A stretch of 63,735 nucleotides of DNA, filler included, from Salisapilia sapeloensis CBS 127946 (GCA_023334545.1; 10 parts of 10 records of this genome joined end to end with filler, not necessarily neighbours in it); one strand, 5' to 3'. Counted from the first letter of the whole stretch, positions 11,205-23,195 are shown. Notes: generated by a model not told the origin, from the sequence alone. Program-made: numbers and translations.

Positions 11205-12620
11205 TCGGTTGTCGTCTCACGAGACGTATTTCGTGCGAATAACACCGTAGAATTGCGCTCACAATCTAAGGCGACAGTAATAGTCACCCCTCGTCTGATA
11301 CGGCTAGCCGATACCAGTTCAAGAAAGTTGAGGAATGGCCTCGAGCCTACTCTGTGAATCCATCACACTTCTTTCCAGGACAGCACCAACTCTCTTTCTT
11401 TTTTCTGCGTCCGACATCCTGGAATAGTTTTCCGATCGCTGAGACGACGTTGTCCACCTCTACGTAAACAATCCAAGTAGTCAATCAAAGACACCAGACG
11501 TAGAAATCCGTATCTGTGACACGATATAGACAACTCTCCTCGCATAGTGACAAGAACTGCAGGAATGTGCGCTCTACGCACAAGTCGTATATCCCAGTCT
11601 CATCCAGCTGAACCAGGAGGATACATGTTTGCAGGAGAGCAAGGAGCTCATTAGCATCTTCTATTGCAGGTTCATCGTATTAAAGCATACAACTATTTTA
11701 ATCCACTTTCATTGGATACATGGAAAACTGAATCTTTACTCCTATCTCTCTAGCGCTTTTACGTCATGAACAAGTACACTCGGTCACTGACCGTCTTGCT
11801 CTATCTCAAATCCTACAGAGAATCTCCCTCTTTCACCTTTTCTTCACTAGTCCTGAAGCAATCAACATAAATGTTACCACTTGCTCGGTTGAATCAAATG
11901 CGACTGAAGATCATTGAGGCAAACCGACCATTTCAAGTCGACCATCTAAATGGGAATTTCCGCACATAGCGGCTACTGGGTTGTACCATGGTCGTACCGC
12001 TTGATGCCTCCCTTGCTGCGACGTTCGCGTCACCTGCTGTCGGTCATAGTCACATCAAGTCAGATTGGATTACTGGATGCTACTGCATGCCATTAGCTAC
12101 GCGAGTCAGAGAGCGGCCATCGACGTCGGGCAACAGAGGTGATCGACAGCTCCCTTGTCTCCCCCGTGCGCTTGACGACGCTCAAGAAACGTATTTGAAC
12201 GGAGTTCTCCCCATCTTTCGGTCTTCTTGTACATACATCGAAAGTGGAAAGAAGTTGGGACATTCGCTCGACAGCTTCGCACCTCCCCCTTCGTCGCGAA
12301 CAAGAACAGAGGCCACATCCAACTCCTTTCACGGCCCTCGTCCCATCTACAAGTCCCCAAAGGTCTCAACGCATTTCCTGATAAAGCACTTGAAAGGTAC
12401 TGTCCATTACTACGCGCGTGGCAGTCACCACACGACTTCATTTGAGAATTATCTTTTCTCTCCCAATCTCCCTCCTTGCTTGGTCAGTGGCTGCCGGCGC
12501 CTCCAGCCCCCATCTACATAACCAATGGTAGCTAATATTATGCAATAGGCACGAGATACGTTACACCTGGTAGAGCATCCCTCGAGCTGCCCGATTGTAC
12601 AATACGCATAACACGTCCGC

Positions 12621-15422
12621 ATGGATTTCTCCGGTCTGCGTACGAATAGCGAAGACAAGCTCGATGGACTGTCGGCGGACCGACCAGTCTCTCGGCCTCC
12701 CTTTACCTCCACGGTCTCGCTCAAGCGCTCGGAAAGTGCTCCTGTGAACACGATCGCAAGCTCCAAGACGCACGCCGATTCGAGCTCATCCCTCTCATCC
12801 ACAGTCTACGAAGACGACGAGCCGAACGATGCTTCCCACCGAAATCACCCCTTTGAAAGCTCTTCCTCTGGGTTCTTCCGCTTCCACTCTTCGAGCGACT
12901 TCTTTGGAGGCATGAACTATGACGAGCCCTTAACTGCGAGTGGCCACGCCCTCCATCGTTCGGCATCCTCGACAGCATCCGAATTACTCTCGTCTTCCTT
13001 GCTATCCGACGGACAAGATAGTCAAGGCAGAGGCTTGCCGCCAATTAACACGCGGTACGAGTACGACGGATCATCGAGACCGCAGTCGGTCAGAGGTCGA
13101 CGGCCTGCATCAGCGTCTGTGGACGTGGCAGCCGTTCGCCCCCCGTCGTCTGCGCCGTCCGGTGTGTCGCGTCGCCATCGAAAAAATAGCATTGAGATGT
13201 TTCTGTCGCAAAGTCCGAGCCAGGCGCTCGGTGGAGACATTCTCAAGCTCAGTATGGACGAGCGACAGACGTCTCAGGGGAAGGAGCTGCCGACGGAGTT
13301 TAGTCTGGACGACAGCTCGACATCGTCGTCACCATACAGCAGTCAATTGCCGAGTTACAATGGATCGAACTCGCACGGTCGTCGCGACCGATACGATAGC
13401 AATGGCAGTCTGGAGAGTGACGGATACGCGTACGCTTTAAGTCCACCGATGATGAATGAGGACGTGTGGAGTAAGAACGATTCGAGTCAAGAGTCTTTTT
13501 ACAATGAGTACTACAGTCGCTCCCACAGCGGTACCGGCAGCTCGAAAGCTGCTTACCCTGCGTCTTCTCCTCGCAATCCGCTGTATCGCAGTGCTCCTCC
13601 CAGCAGCTCTAAGTCAATGGGGTACGAAGTGTCTCAGTTGAATGGTGGTGCAGCCCAATGGAGCGGATCGAGCTCCGACTCGTTGTACAATGGCAATGGC
13701 ATGTACTTGAATTCCCAAGGGATGCAGTACCAACCTCCGATGCGCACGCCTCCACCGAGCATGCGTCCTTCGTATGGCCGCATGGCACCTCCGTTACCCG
13801 AGACATCGCCACCTCCGTCTCCGAGAAGCAAGAGTATGGGTCTGAAGCAATGCAAGTTCTTCGTCCAGGGTCATTGCCGTATGGGTGCCAAGTGCAAGTT
13901 TGCACACGTATCCGCTCACCCGCAGCTGTCCCCAGTGAACCACTACGAGGACGCTTCGTACAGTCGTCTGCCTCGTGCGAATTCGTATCGAGACTTGTCG
14001 AGCAGTGGTGGTCCCGTGACGGACGCATCGTCTCTAAGCTCTGCTTTGAATGTGGAAGACGTGCGTGGTCGTGTGTTTGCCATGTCCAAGGACCAGAACG
14101 GATGTCGTTTGCTGCAAGAACAATTGGACTATGACACGCGTGTGGATCTGCGTCAAGTCATCTTTAGCGAATCTCTCGAGCATTTGAGTGAGATGATGGT
14201 CGATCCATTTGGCAACTACTTGTTCCAGAAGCTACTGGAGCGTGTAAATACCAAGGAGAAGCTGGCGATTGTACGACGTGTCAGTGGACATCTTGTTGCT
14301 GCCGCACTCAACTTGCATGGCACTCGGTCGGTGCAGAAAGTCGTGGAAGTGTGTGCGTCGTCTCCGGACGTCGAAGATGATGCTTTTGAAGAAGAGTACG
14401 AGCGTCCGGTGGATGATGAGGATCAGAGCGATGCGGTCGCAACGTCAGCTGCTGGGATGGTCCATCTCCCTGACTTGATTGTGGAAGCGCTGCAGGATGA
14501 TGCCGTTCGATTGTGCATCGATTCGAATGGAAACCACGTGATCCAACGCGTGCTGCAGCATCTACCGTCGACATCGAACCAGTTTGTCTTTGACGCTGTC
14601 TGCCGCGAGTGCACGACCGTCGGGACGCATCGTCATGGCTGTTGTGTCCTCCAGCGTTGTCTGGATGCTGCGAGTAAGACACAGAAGCAGGAAGTGATTG
14701 TGCAGGTGGAACGTCATGCGATGAAGTTGATGCAGGACCCGTACGGCAACTACGTGGTGCAGTATGTGCTGGACTCTTGCACGCCGGAAGAAGCATATGG
14801 TGTGATTGTGAAGCCTCTGGGACACATTCTCGAGCTTTCGGTGCAAAAGTTTAGCTCGAACGTGATTGAAAAGTGCTTGGAAAAGGCACCGGAGGCGTTG
14901 CGGCAACGATACTTGCAAGAGATTATCGCGTGTCCTAAGATGCACAAGATGCTGCAGGACCAATTTGCCAACTACGTTGTCCAACGGGCGTTGAGCGTGT
15001 GCTCGGAAGAGCAGTGCATGCAGTTGGTGCATGCCATTCGTCCGCACCTCGCGGCCATGCGCAACACGTCTGGTGGCCGTCGCATCACGGCGCGTATCCT
15101 CAAGAGGTTTCCGAACTTGGAAATGAACTTGGACATGGGCATGCCGTCGCCAGCGCACGCGAGAGGGTATGATGGGATGCAGGTAGGCATGGCGCCGTCT
15201 CCGCATCATCGGATGCAGCCAGTGGGTCCGGTTCCGCCCCAGCCTAGCGCATACGGTCCTCCCGTGATGCAGGGCTATGCTCCGATGCGTGGACCCCCGA
15301 TGGCGATGCCTCCCATGCCACCGCAGATGCAGGTGCCTCGGTCGCACCATGAGTACCCTTTTGAACGGAGTGGCTCTAGTTCTCGCAATTACGAGGATCG
15401 AACAAGTACGAGTCGTGCTTGA
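12621..15422 (+). CDS. Pumilio/PUF RNA-binding protein with CCCH zinc finger, 933 aa
   Basis: Eight PUF repeats (e.g. DPFGNYLFQ, QKFSSNVIEK, DQFANYVVQ) and CKFFVQGHCRMGAKCKFAH (C-x7-C-x5-C-x3-H); Ser-rich N-terminus and Pro/Met-rich tail. Confidence 0.95.
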   Translation: MDFSGLRTNSEDKLDGLSADRPVSRPPFTSTVSLKRSESAPVNTIASSKTHADSSSSLSSTVYEDDEPNDASHRNHPFESSSSGFFRFHSSSDFFGGMNYDEPLTASGHALHRSASSTASELLSSSLLSDGQDSQGRGLPPINTRYEYDGSSRPQSVRGRRPASASVDVAAVRPPSSAPSGVSRRHRKNSIEMFLSQSPSQALGGDILKLSMDERQTSQGKELPTEFSLDDSSTSSSPYSSQLPSYNGSNSHGRRDRYDSNGSLESDGYAYALSPPMMNEDVWSKNDSSQESFYNEYYSRSHSGTGSSKAAYPASSPRNPLYRSAPPSSSKSMGYEVSQLNGGAAQWSGSSSDSLYNGNGMYLNSQGMQYQPPMRTPPPSMRPSYGRMAPPLPETSPPPSPRSKSMGLKQCKFFVQGHCRMGAKCKFAHVSAHPQLSPVNHYEDASYSRLPRANSYRDLSSSGGPVTDASSLSSALNVEDVRGRVFAMSKDQNGCRLLQEQLDYDTRVDLRQVIFSESLEHLSEMMVDPFGNYLFQKLLERVNTKEKLAIVRRVSGHLVAAALNLHGTRSVQKVVEVCASSPDVEDDAFEEEYERPVDDEDQSDAVATSAAGMVHLPDLIVEALQDDAVRLCIDSNGNHVIQRVLQHLPSTSNQFVFDAVCRECTTVGTHRHGCCVLQRCLDAASKTQKQEVIVQVERHAMKLMQDPYGNYVVQYVLDSCTPEEAYGVIVKPLGHILELSVQKFSSNVIEKCLEKAPEALRQRYLQEIIACPKMHKMLQDQFANYVVQRALSVCSEEQCMQLVHAIRPHLAAMRNTSGGRRITARILKRFPNLEMNLDMGMPSPAHARGYDGMQVGMAPSPHHRMQPVGPVPPQPSAYGPPVMQGYAPMRGPPMAMPPMPPQMQVPRSHHEYPFERSGSSSRNYEDRTSTSRA

Positions 15423-15590
15423 AGCATGTTATGGAAGTGCGTGAAGAAGAATGATGGAGCTTTTGTACGAAAGGGAAAAATACGAGAAAAAGATGGTAGG
15501 ATTTTTTTTTGATTTGTAGGTAAACAGCTCTTGGGATGTATACGAGATGACAAACAAACAAGTTGGCAATGGAATGAAAAGTACGTTTGG

Positions 15591-17186
15591 TTAGCGATGC
15601 GTGTTGCGTGGACTCTTCGGCCTCGTGTCGTCGAGACGACCGGACTGGCAGGCGTAGCTCATGAGCACAAGACTTAGGAGAGCTTTGAATGCCGCGAGAC
15701 ACAGGAAGAAGGCGATGGTCATGAGAATGCCGCTGATGCTGCAGTAATCTACAGGCAGAGAGGCCACGGGCTTGGAGACGAGGCGCAGAACGACGCATGC
15801 GAGCGGGAGGGTGATAAGTCCGAGGCGACGGGAGACATGGTGCGTGTGGTCCAGAATCGTGTCTTCGTTCTTCCATCCAGTCAGGTCCCGACAAAGGATC
15901 GTGACGAACTTGGAGTAGACACTTGGTGGCAGGCGATTGAATTTGGTAATAAAAGCGTGCTTGATCCAGTCGATCATCATCTCTGCTGCAAGCACGAGTA
16001 CCTAGTTTATGGGTAAGTACATGTATTCTTTCTTTTATGCATTATGACGTACGGTTCCGTATGCAACATCATTGGCGTTGGACTGGAGGAGGATCAAGGT
16101 GAGGAAGAGGATGAGTTTGAAGCGTTCGACAATGTCGGAGCAACTGATCTGGAAGACATTGACTTCTCCGTATTTCTTGAACACAGACGTTTTTAATTCG
16201 CCAAAGTTGTTCGAAAGGAGGAGCGTCAGTAAGGACATGTTGCTCGAGTTGATGGCAACGTTGATCGTGACGACTTGTGCGAATAAGAGAAGAGAGTGCA
16301 ATACGACGTACACGGTTGCGACGGCAAAGTCGAGAGCCATGCGACCGACGCGACGAGGTTGGTATTTCGCAGTGTAATATAACGAGTCCAGCACATCTTG
16401 GCCTAAGGACGAGAAGAGTCGATCGAAAATCTCGATCATGGTAAAGAGCACGTATAGCTTGATCATCGCCTGGCCTCGAATCGAATGGTACACTCTGGAC
16501 ATGTCGACTCGAGACAGTACCATGGTCCCGGCGATGATTATCACAGCGACCATGAGGTCGTAGAAGTGCGTTCGACGGAAGATGCGGGTGTGGAAAGAGG
16601 ACGTTACGGCACATCCGCAAGCAAAGATGATGCGTAGTGGGAGGTACGTGAAGACATAGAGAAAGCTGTCGAGTGCGAGTAAAACACCGAAGAGAAACAT
16701 TTGCTCAATGTTGTACGGAATGGTGACAAAGTTCTGGACACGCTCTCGATGCACAGCATCGCTCGACTTGATATCATGGATACCAAAGATCTCCTTGTAG
16801 AAAAAGTCTGCTAGTCGGAAAGGATGTGGAGGTGGAGGCGGTGGCCGATGACGAGGAGAAGAACCTCGAGAGTGGTCGGCAGCGTCTGCAGATAATCTGC
16901 TCGTTACAGCCGGTCCGGTTGAAATTGATAGACCGGAAGGTTTGGATGAATACGCCATGGAATTGGATGATATAGCTGTATCCATTGACGGGACACTCGA
17001 CACCATTTTCATCAAGCTCTTGAGCTCCGGTGAACCCACAGCCGGTGATTTTGTACCGCTCTCTCCATTCGTCTTGCTAGTAAAGAAAGTATCGGACTTT
17101 AATGTCCGTGAAGATAGCGAGTTTGAAGGTGATGGAGAGGCGCTCGTGTCGGTCTTCTCGACCTTGATCTCATCATTTTTCATCAT
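15591..17186 (-). CDS. TAPT1: TAPT1/Emp65 (DUF747) membrane protein; exons 17186-16053 and 16001-15591
   Basis: Family motifs QAMIKLYVLFTMIEIFDRLFSSLGQD, SNNFGELKTSVFKK, SDIVERF and DWIKHAFITKFN. A 51-nt GT-AG intron joins YGT|VLVLAAEM in frame. Confidence 0.92.
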
Positions 17187-17303
17187 TTTGGTCTGGTCCT
17201 AAAATACATACGATACCACTATCTCATGCTCTACTTTCGTGTTCAAGGTAAATGGCTACATTTATAGTACCAAGCAGTCCGTTTCAATCTTTACTTGAGC
17301 AAA

Positions 17304-19523
17304 ATGGAGGACGGTGTGGCCGTAGCTCCATTGCCACCATTAGATGCTAATATACTTTCGACTGTAGTCAAGCAGTATGACGGTGAAACGTTGGCAGTGT
17401 CCGGATGTGATGGTCCTGTGTATCATGGTCAGGGCCAAGCTGCTTTTACAATGGGATTCACGTACAAGGGCACGTTTTCGCTTGGGCGAATGCATGGGAA
17501 TGGACGCATTGAGTGGAGCAATGGAGTTGTGTACGAAGGAAACTTGGAGCATAATCGTTTGATCGGGACCGGGGCGTTTCTGTGGCCGACTGGTGCGACA
17601 TACATTGGAAATGTACAGAATGGCAAGCGCCAGGGCTATGGCGTGTTCACAAATAAAGCTAGGCCAAACAATGTAGATGGTGGAAACCTTGCAGTGATGA
17701 AGCGAACTGTCAGTGATTCGGAGGTACTTTGCAAGACTTCAGATGAAGAACAAGCGAACAGATCGATCCCGGTACTACCGCCGCTTGTATTTTCCTCCGA
17801 GATGTTTAACGCAGCACCAACTGAGGATGCTCTGGCAAACTGCTATAACGCTCGGTACGAAGGTAATTGGGATAATAATCTTCCTCACGGACAAGGCGAA
17901 CTCGTGTACGATGCCGAGTTGCAAGCCAAGTACACTGGGAATTTTTCGAAAGGACTTCGTCACGGTATTGGAGCAATGCAATATCCCAGCGGTGGTGTTT
18001 ACAAGGGTCACTGGGAAAATGACATCAAAAGTGGAACTGGGATAATGACATGGGTCGATAGCAATGGACATCAGACAGAAATATACGATGGAGAATGGAA
18101 GAATGATCAACAGAATGGCCAAGGCAAGCACGTATGGCTTTCTAATCCACCTACTAGTTCCATAGTGATAGAGCGTAACTGGTACCATGGAAACTTTAAA
18201 GATGGACAGAGGAATGGTTTCGGTATTTTTTATTACCTCAATGGAGCGAAATATGAAGGAGGTTGGAATAATAATGTAAAGCATGGATACGGCGTCTTCT
18301 TTTATGAAGATGGGCGTATGGTTGCTGGCATGTTTAGCAATGATCGCATCCTGGACTCGGACAAGGAAATAGTTACAAGCGACACTTCATCACAAGGATC
18401 TGTCGATAGTACATTACCATCACGGCTCAATCTTTTCATCTTGGATCTAGTTCAAAACTTTGTTAGTACGGATAACAACGAGAGAGAGAAGGTAGTGAGG
18501 GCGGTGGAAAATACCGCATTACGACTGAACAGTGAATTACGAGCCCTGTATCGAAAATATACTTTAGGTGATAACAATGACAGTTCGACTGCATCTCAAG
18601 ACTCAGATGCACCATGCTTATTAGACATAAGTGCATTCCGTCGGCTCCTGAGCACTACCCACATCTTCATCGGTACATCCAACTGTAGATTATTGTTAGA
18701 GGAATTGCGACTTGCGCAACGTAAATGTGTCGCTGCGCGTATCGTAGCAAAGGGATGGAATAACTTTGCTTTTGATGAAGAGCACATAGATGCAAAGGCG
18801 AAGCCTCCTGTAGCCGGGTCAACTGCACCTTTTGTGCTTCTCACTTTCCGAGACTTTGTTGAGCTTCTAGTTCGTATTGCTGCGGTGAGCTTAAACCAAA
18901 AGAGGTTGGAGGGTAACCTTACCACAGAAACGTCATCTCGAACTACTCAAGCGCTAGCAGGTGAATTCAGTAGTCTATGCGAAAGTATACTACGAGCCAC
19001 TATTTCGGCAGATGACGATGTAATCTACCGTCAACTCTATAACATCGATGTGGTGAATCAAGTTGATGCACATGAGACCGAATTGCTAGCGGTGATGAAC
19101 GCCGCGATTGCAATCGACACAAAGTTTACCATCGACAAAGACAGTGACGACGATTCAAATATCTTGCCGGTGAAAGTATCCTTGCGGTCTCTACTGTCAT
19201 TACTTTGTCAACGATCAGCTTTCACAAGTTCCTTTACCATGCGAGATGCGATAGTGGCTCTAAATAAGTACTTATCGGTAGATACTTCTCTGAAAGAGAG
19301 TTGCTATCACGACGAAGAGGAAGAAAAAAGCCAAGCTTCTAGTTTAGATATCTCTCTCTTGGACTTGCAAGTACCATTCCCAGAGTTCTGTGAGGCGATT
19401 GCTATCGTTCTATTGGCGAAAGAGCATAGTGATGACACGAGCAAGGACGATCAAAGACCTTTACCAAACATCTTCCGGGAGTTTGTAACGAAAACGATGA
19501 AAGAAATACAGTCAACGCAGTAG
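17304..19523 (+). CDS. MORN-repeat protein, radial spoke head RSPH10B-like
   Basis: About ten MORN repeats (Y.G.W.....G.G) in two blocks plus a helical C-terminal region. The ORF track starts at TTG 17295; the first ATG is 17304. Confidence 0.8.
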   Translation: MEDGVAVAPLPPLDANILSTVVKQYDGETLAVSGCDGPVYHGQGQAAFTMGFTYKGTFSLGRMHGNGRIEWSNGVVYEGNLEHNRLIGTGAFLWPTGATYIGNVQNGKRQGYGVFTNKARPNNVDGGNLAVMKRTVSDSEVLCKTSDEEQANRSIPVLPPLVFSSEMFNAAPTEDALANCYNARYEGNWDNNLPHGQGELVYDAELQAKYTGNFSKGLRHGIGAMQYPSGGVYKGHWENDIKSGTGIMTWVDSNGHQTEIYDGEWKNDQQNGQGKHVWLSNPPTSSIVIERNWYHGNFKDGQRNGFGIFYYLNGAKYEGGWNNNVKHGYGVFFYEDGRMVAGMFSNDRILDSDKEIVTSDTSSQGSVDSTLPSRLNLFILDLVQNFVSTDNNEREKVVRAVENTALRLNSELRALYRKYTLGDNNDSSTASQDSDAPCLLDISAFRRLLSTTHIFIGTSNCRLLLEELRLAQRKCVAARIVAKGWNNFAFDEEHIDAKAKPPVAGSTAPFVLLTFRDFVELLVRIAAVSLNQKRLEGNLTTETSSRTTQALAGEFSSLCESILRATISADDDVIYRQLYNIDVVNQVDAHETELLAVMNAAIAIDTKFTIDKDSDDDSNILPVKVSLRSLLSLLCQRSAFTSSFTMRDAIVALNKYLSVDTSLKESCYHDEEEEKSQASSLDISLLDLQVPFPEFCEAIAIVLLAKEHSDDTSKDDQRPLPNIFREFVTKTMKEIQSTQ

Positions 19524-19626
19524 ACTAGATGAGTATCCATCGAACCGTTGTTTCTATTTCCTCTTGACATCTTCAAAAGATAAACAAAACAGTAGGATCT
19601 CAGCATTCGATGCCATCTTCGTCGGT

Positions 19627-21673
19627 TTAGTAGACTCGCCCAACGTTGCCCATCACACGCGCCTGACGGGACGGCAGCTCCACCGCTTGCTCGTCCTCAT
19701 ACGTCACCTCGAACACCTTGCCTCCGTACGTATATCGCACATACCTACGTCAAAATGTTAAAAGTGATTGATGCATTCGTGTCTAAAGTAACGTACAATT
19801 GAGGTCTCGGAAGAGCCGTCGGGTCTGACTCTACTAGTTCCAACGTCGACAAGTCCGCAGCAACGCACGGGTTGTAGAATCCTAGTAATGCAGCCTTTGT
19901 TCCACCACGCAACGACAACTGGCCTTCTTTCACGAAGAACTGCAGTGGGATGGTGACGTCAATCCACTTCTGGTCGAGTCCTGCAGCCTGATGCGTCGCT
20001 TCATCGACAAGTGCATCGTCCGAAAGGTGCTCGTCATCTTCTTCGTCTGTACTATTCGCAACCGCTAGACGATCCTGCACGGTCTCCAAATTCTGTCCAA
20101 AGCGTGCGACAAGAATGACTAATCCTTCTTCTTTCTCTTTCTCTTCACGTACGATCTCATCCGCTCTTTGCGTCATCAACCTCTGCTGAGCTAATGCACT
20201 CGTTCTTGCTGTCGCAACGTACGCTACAGTCTCCTTCGCCTTGCTCTCGAGTCTCCGACGTCTCTGTCGCTCTCTCGCAGGCTTGATCACTTGACCGACG
20301 ACACCAGAGATGATGGCAGGAGCAGTCGCAGCACAGAACGTTGCAAATGCTGATTGGGGGGAGAAAGGAGAGAGGAAGATGGGAATGACGAAGCGCATGG
20401 CGCCACGGGTGAAGCCGAGACGCAGCGTGACGCCGTTGCGAAAGTTTAAGATGATACCCATCGCCAAACGAGTGCGCTTGGACACTCTCTTACTACCACC
20501 CAAGATAACAGCCAAGCCTTGTGCCAGACTTGCTTGTAGCGATACCTTGACGACGGAAACAGACTGGATGACACGACGTAGTCTCAAGTTCATGGACGGA
20601 CCAGCAGGACCGACATTTACTGCTGCTGTAGCCTCGTGGCCTTCTTCAGAGCTCTGCGTGACAGAAGCAGACATACCTTCCCGTGTATTGTACGCCATGG
20701 ACCCTTGCAATGTAGTCGCGAGGGCATGGTTGACGCTGCACCCCATGATAAGTCCATGCTCATCCACGATCGGCATGAAGCTGACGACAGTGTGAGGAGC
20801 AACAGGTTGAGAGACTTGCATCTGGACTTTTGGAGCCCATCCGAGCTCGGAAGCGAGAGTGACGGAAGGGGTGGCCGGGTCATGCGAAACATAGTCAAGA
20901 CGAGTGGTTAGACCACCAGTACCCATCCCGTGCTTGTCGTATAGAAAGCCACCAATGGTGACAGAAGTCTGACGAGAGAGCGGGAAGCGCGTGCGTTGGG
21001 ACAATGTCATTTCCGAGCGTTCAATGTACCGAGCACCACGCGTGAAGAGGCTCTGGAAACCTCGCATGGGCTGACTGACAAAGTCCGACGCGTCCACATG
21101 CATAGACATTTCGCTATAGTTGTCGAATCGAGATTCGAGATGCTGCTGGTTGCGCTCTCGAAGCGCTAGTTCCACCCGTTCATCGAGCTACAAGCATCAA
21201 TAAGTGAGCTTCAGAGGTACAAGGCAGTATATAAAGATAATAGTACCTCTCTGGAGGTTCGACTGGGTTTAATAAGTGCCTGATGTAGCTCCTCGTCCTC
21301 TTCTACGGCCGACACGCCCTATGAGAAGCAAATGCATTAGCTACGTCACAACCTTTCAGGCGACATGTAGACGTGCACGTACTCTTTCTCCGTACAAGTC
21401 ATAGACTTTCCTTTTCACAGGATCACTGAGCACTTTATACGCTCGATCCAATGCCGGATATTCAGCATTCGCAAGTGCCTGTAGCTCATCAAAATCGTCT
21501 GACTCGATACCACCATCGTTTAGCTTGGCTGCATGCTGCCTACGTCGACGTCTGTCCGGATGGAATTCTCTTGATAGTAGACGGAACTTTTGGCGTATCT
21601 CGGATGCATCGGCATGCCGACTTACGCCCAACAGGGCGTAGTAATCGCCATCGCTGCGTGTGCCACTCACCAT
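19627..21673 (-). CDS. DNAJC11: DnaJ homolog subfamily C member 11-like; exons 21673-21383, 21318-21247, 21187-19797, 19744-19627
   Basis: J domain (DYYALLGV, FHPD, AYKVLSDP..R.VYD.YG) and C-terminal IDVTIPLQFFV...LLGFYNPC...LYVRY. GT-AG introns of 64, 59 and 52 nt keep the frame. Confidence 0.9.
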
Positions 21674-21950
21674 GGACCAACTTCTGGTTGCAAGCGAGGT
21701 ACGTCTTAGAATATAGGCGCTATTCGTACGTAGTGTAGAGTACTTTGTAGGACATGAGACTTGATGATGTAGAGAGTATTGTAGGACACGAGTATAAACC
21801 ATGAGCGTCCGGGAGGAAGTCGAGAGCTGCGTGTACGACCACCGGTTCTTCGTCACCAAGCTACTCGAGTCATTGCAAAATGCTTCACTGTAGAGATGTA
21901 TTCGAATGGGTCGTCCGGATATAGCTTATTCACGCTAGTTTATGAGATAG

Positions 21951-23195
21951 TCCGCCATCGTCCATCACAGCAGCTCGCCTAGCGACGGTCAACGACACAT
22001 TTAACAATGTGCTTAGCAAAGAGCGTGACTTGGTTGCCTCTGTTAAGAAGCGTAAGCTCTCACGTGCTGTATTTTACTCTAGGAGACGCTTATATTTACC
22101 AATTTGTAGTGGCTAAGCATCAGATCGCACAGCAGGAGCTACAGCGAATTGAGAACGAGACTAAGGAAAAGCGTGATCGTATCATCAAATACGCCACGCA
22201 GCTACGACAGTCTCAAGAGGTATGTATACCGGATATAAGTACATGCAAACATGCTAATGCGTAGGATAGGATATTGGAGCTGTATTAAAAAAGCATCGAC
22301 GGACGCTAGACCACGCTAAGCAGAGAGACTCTTGTACTCTATCATTTATCTTTATATTATGAACGCATCATACTCATCGAAGAAACTTCTATAGCCGTTT
22401 TGGACCCACGGGATATTGTCGCCTATGCACATAAGATTGCTGGCACTACGTCTGCGCCGAAAGAGTGGCGTCCTGGTGTACGTCTGACCATCACTACGTG
22501 CTAGATCCTACCTCATATCCAATCTGCTACAGTTTCCAATGTTTGGCTTTATGCCACCAGCACCACAAGAGCAGATGATGCGTGCTGGAGTCCTCAGTCG
22601 AGGTGTCGTGGATGAAACGGTCACGCATGCTCCACAAGTGTCTGCGCAGTACTCTGCTACAGCCACTGGTACCTCCGAGCCAACAACGGAAGAAGGCTCC
22701 ACGAATGTGCCTCTTGGCCTGGGTGCGAATGAAGAGGAGATCAAGAAACGATTGCCGCCTGGATGGAAGCCAGGAGACCCTGTCGACTTACCGTTGGATG
22801 CTCTTCTACATTACATGGGCAGAAGCTTCTTCACTGTAAGCTCCATACTAGTAATATGGCGTTCACACTGGACTAAAGAGAGGATATAGGAGCATGGGAT
22901 TACTCTACCAGAAGGGTGGAAACCTGGCGACTCGATCCCACCAGAAGCTATGGACATCTTGCGAGAGAAATTCAAGCTGCCGGCGAAGAGAGAACCTTTG
23001 TATGATGACGAAGTGGTGGAGGATGGAGGAGCGAAGAAGAAGCGCAAGTTGGAGAACGGGTCTGCGTCTGCGGACGAGAGTGGTAGCGACAGTGACAGTG
23101 ATTCGAGTGAAAGCAGTGAATCTGGACAGGAAACGACGAACAAGATATCACTCAGTCTATCCGACGACGACGACAGTGACGAGGACAGCTCCTAA
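21951..23195 (+). CDS. MED4: Mediator subunit 4-like, multi-exon; exact start exon unresolved
   Basis: Spliced product has a coiled-coil N-terminus, DIVAYAHKIAGTTSAPKEWRPG|FPMFGFMPPAPQEQMMRAGVL and an acidic tail. Introns 22052-22109, 22220-22269, 22334-22394, 22478-22532, 22836-22889. Confidence 0.8.

Noticed and set aside
11988-12521. 177-aa ORF ending 100 bp upstream of the PUF start (possible uORF)
   Set aside because: No recognisable composition or motif, and no evidence that it is transcribed with the PUF gene.
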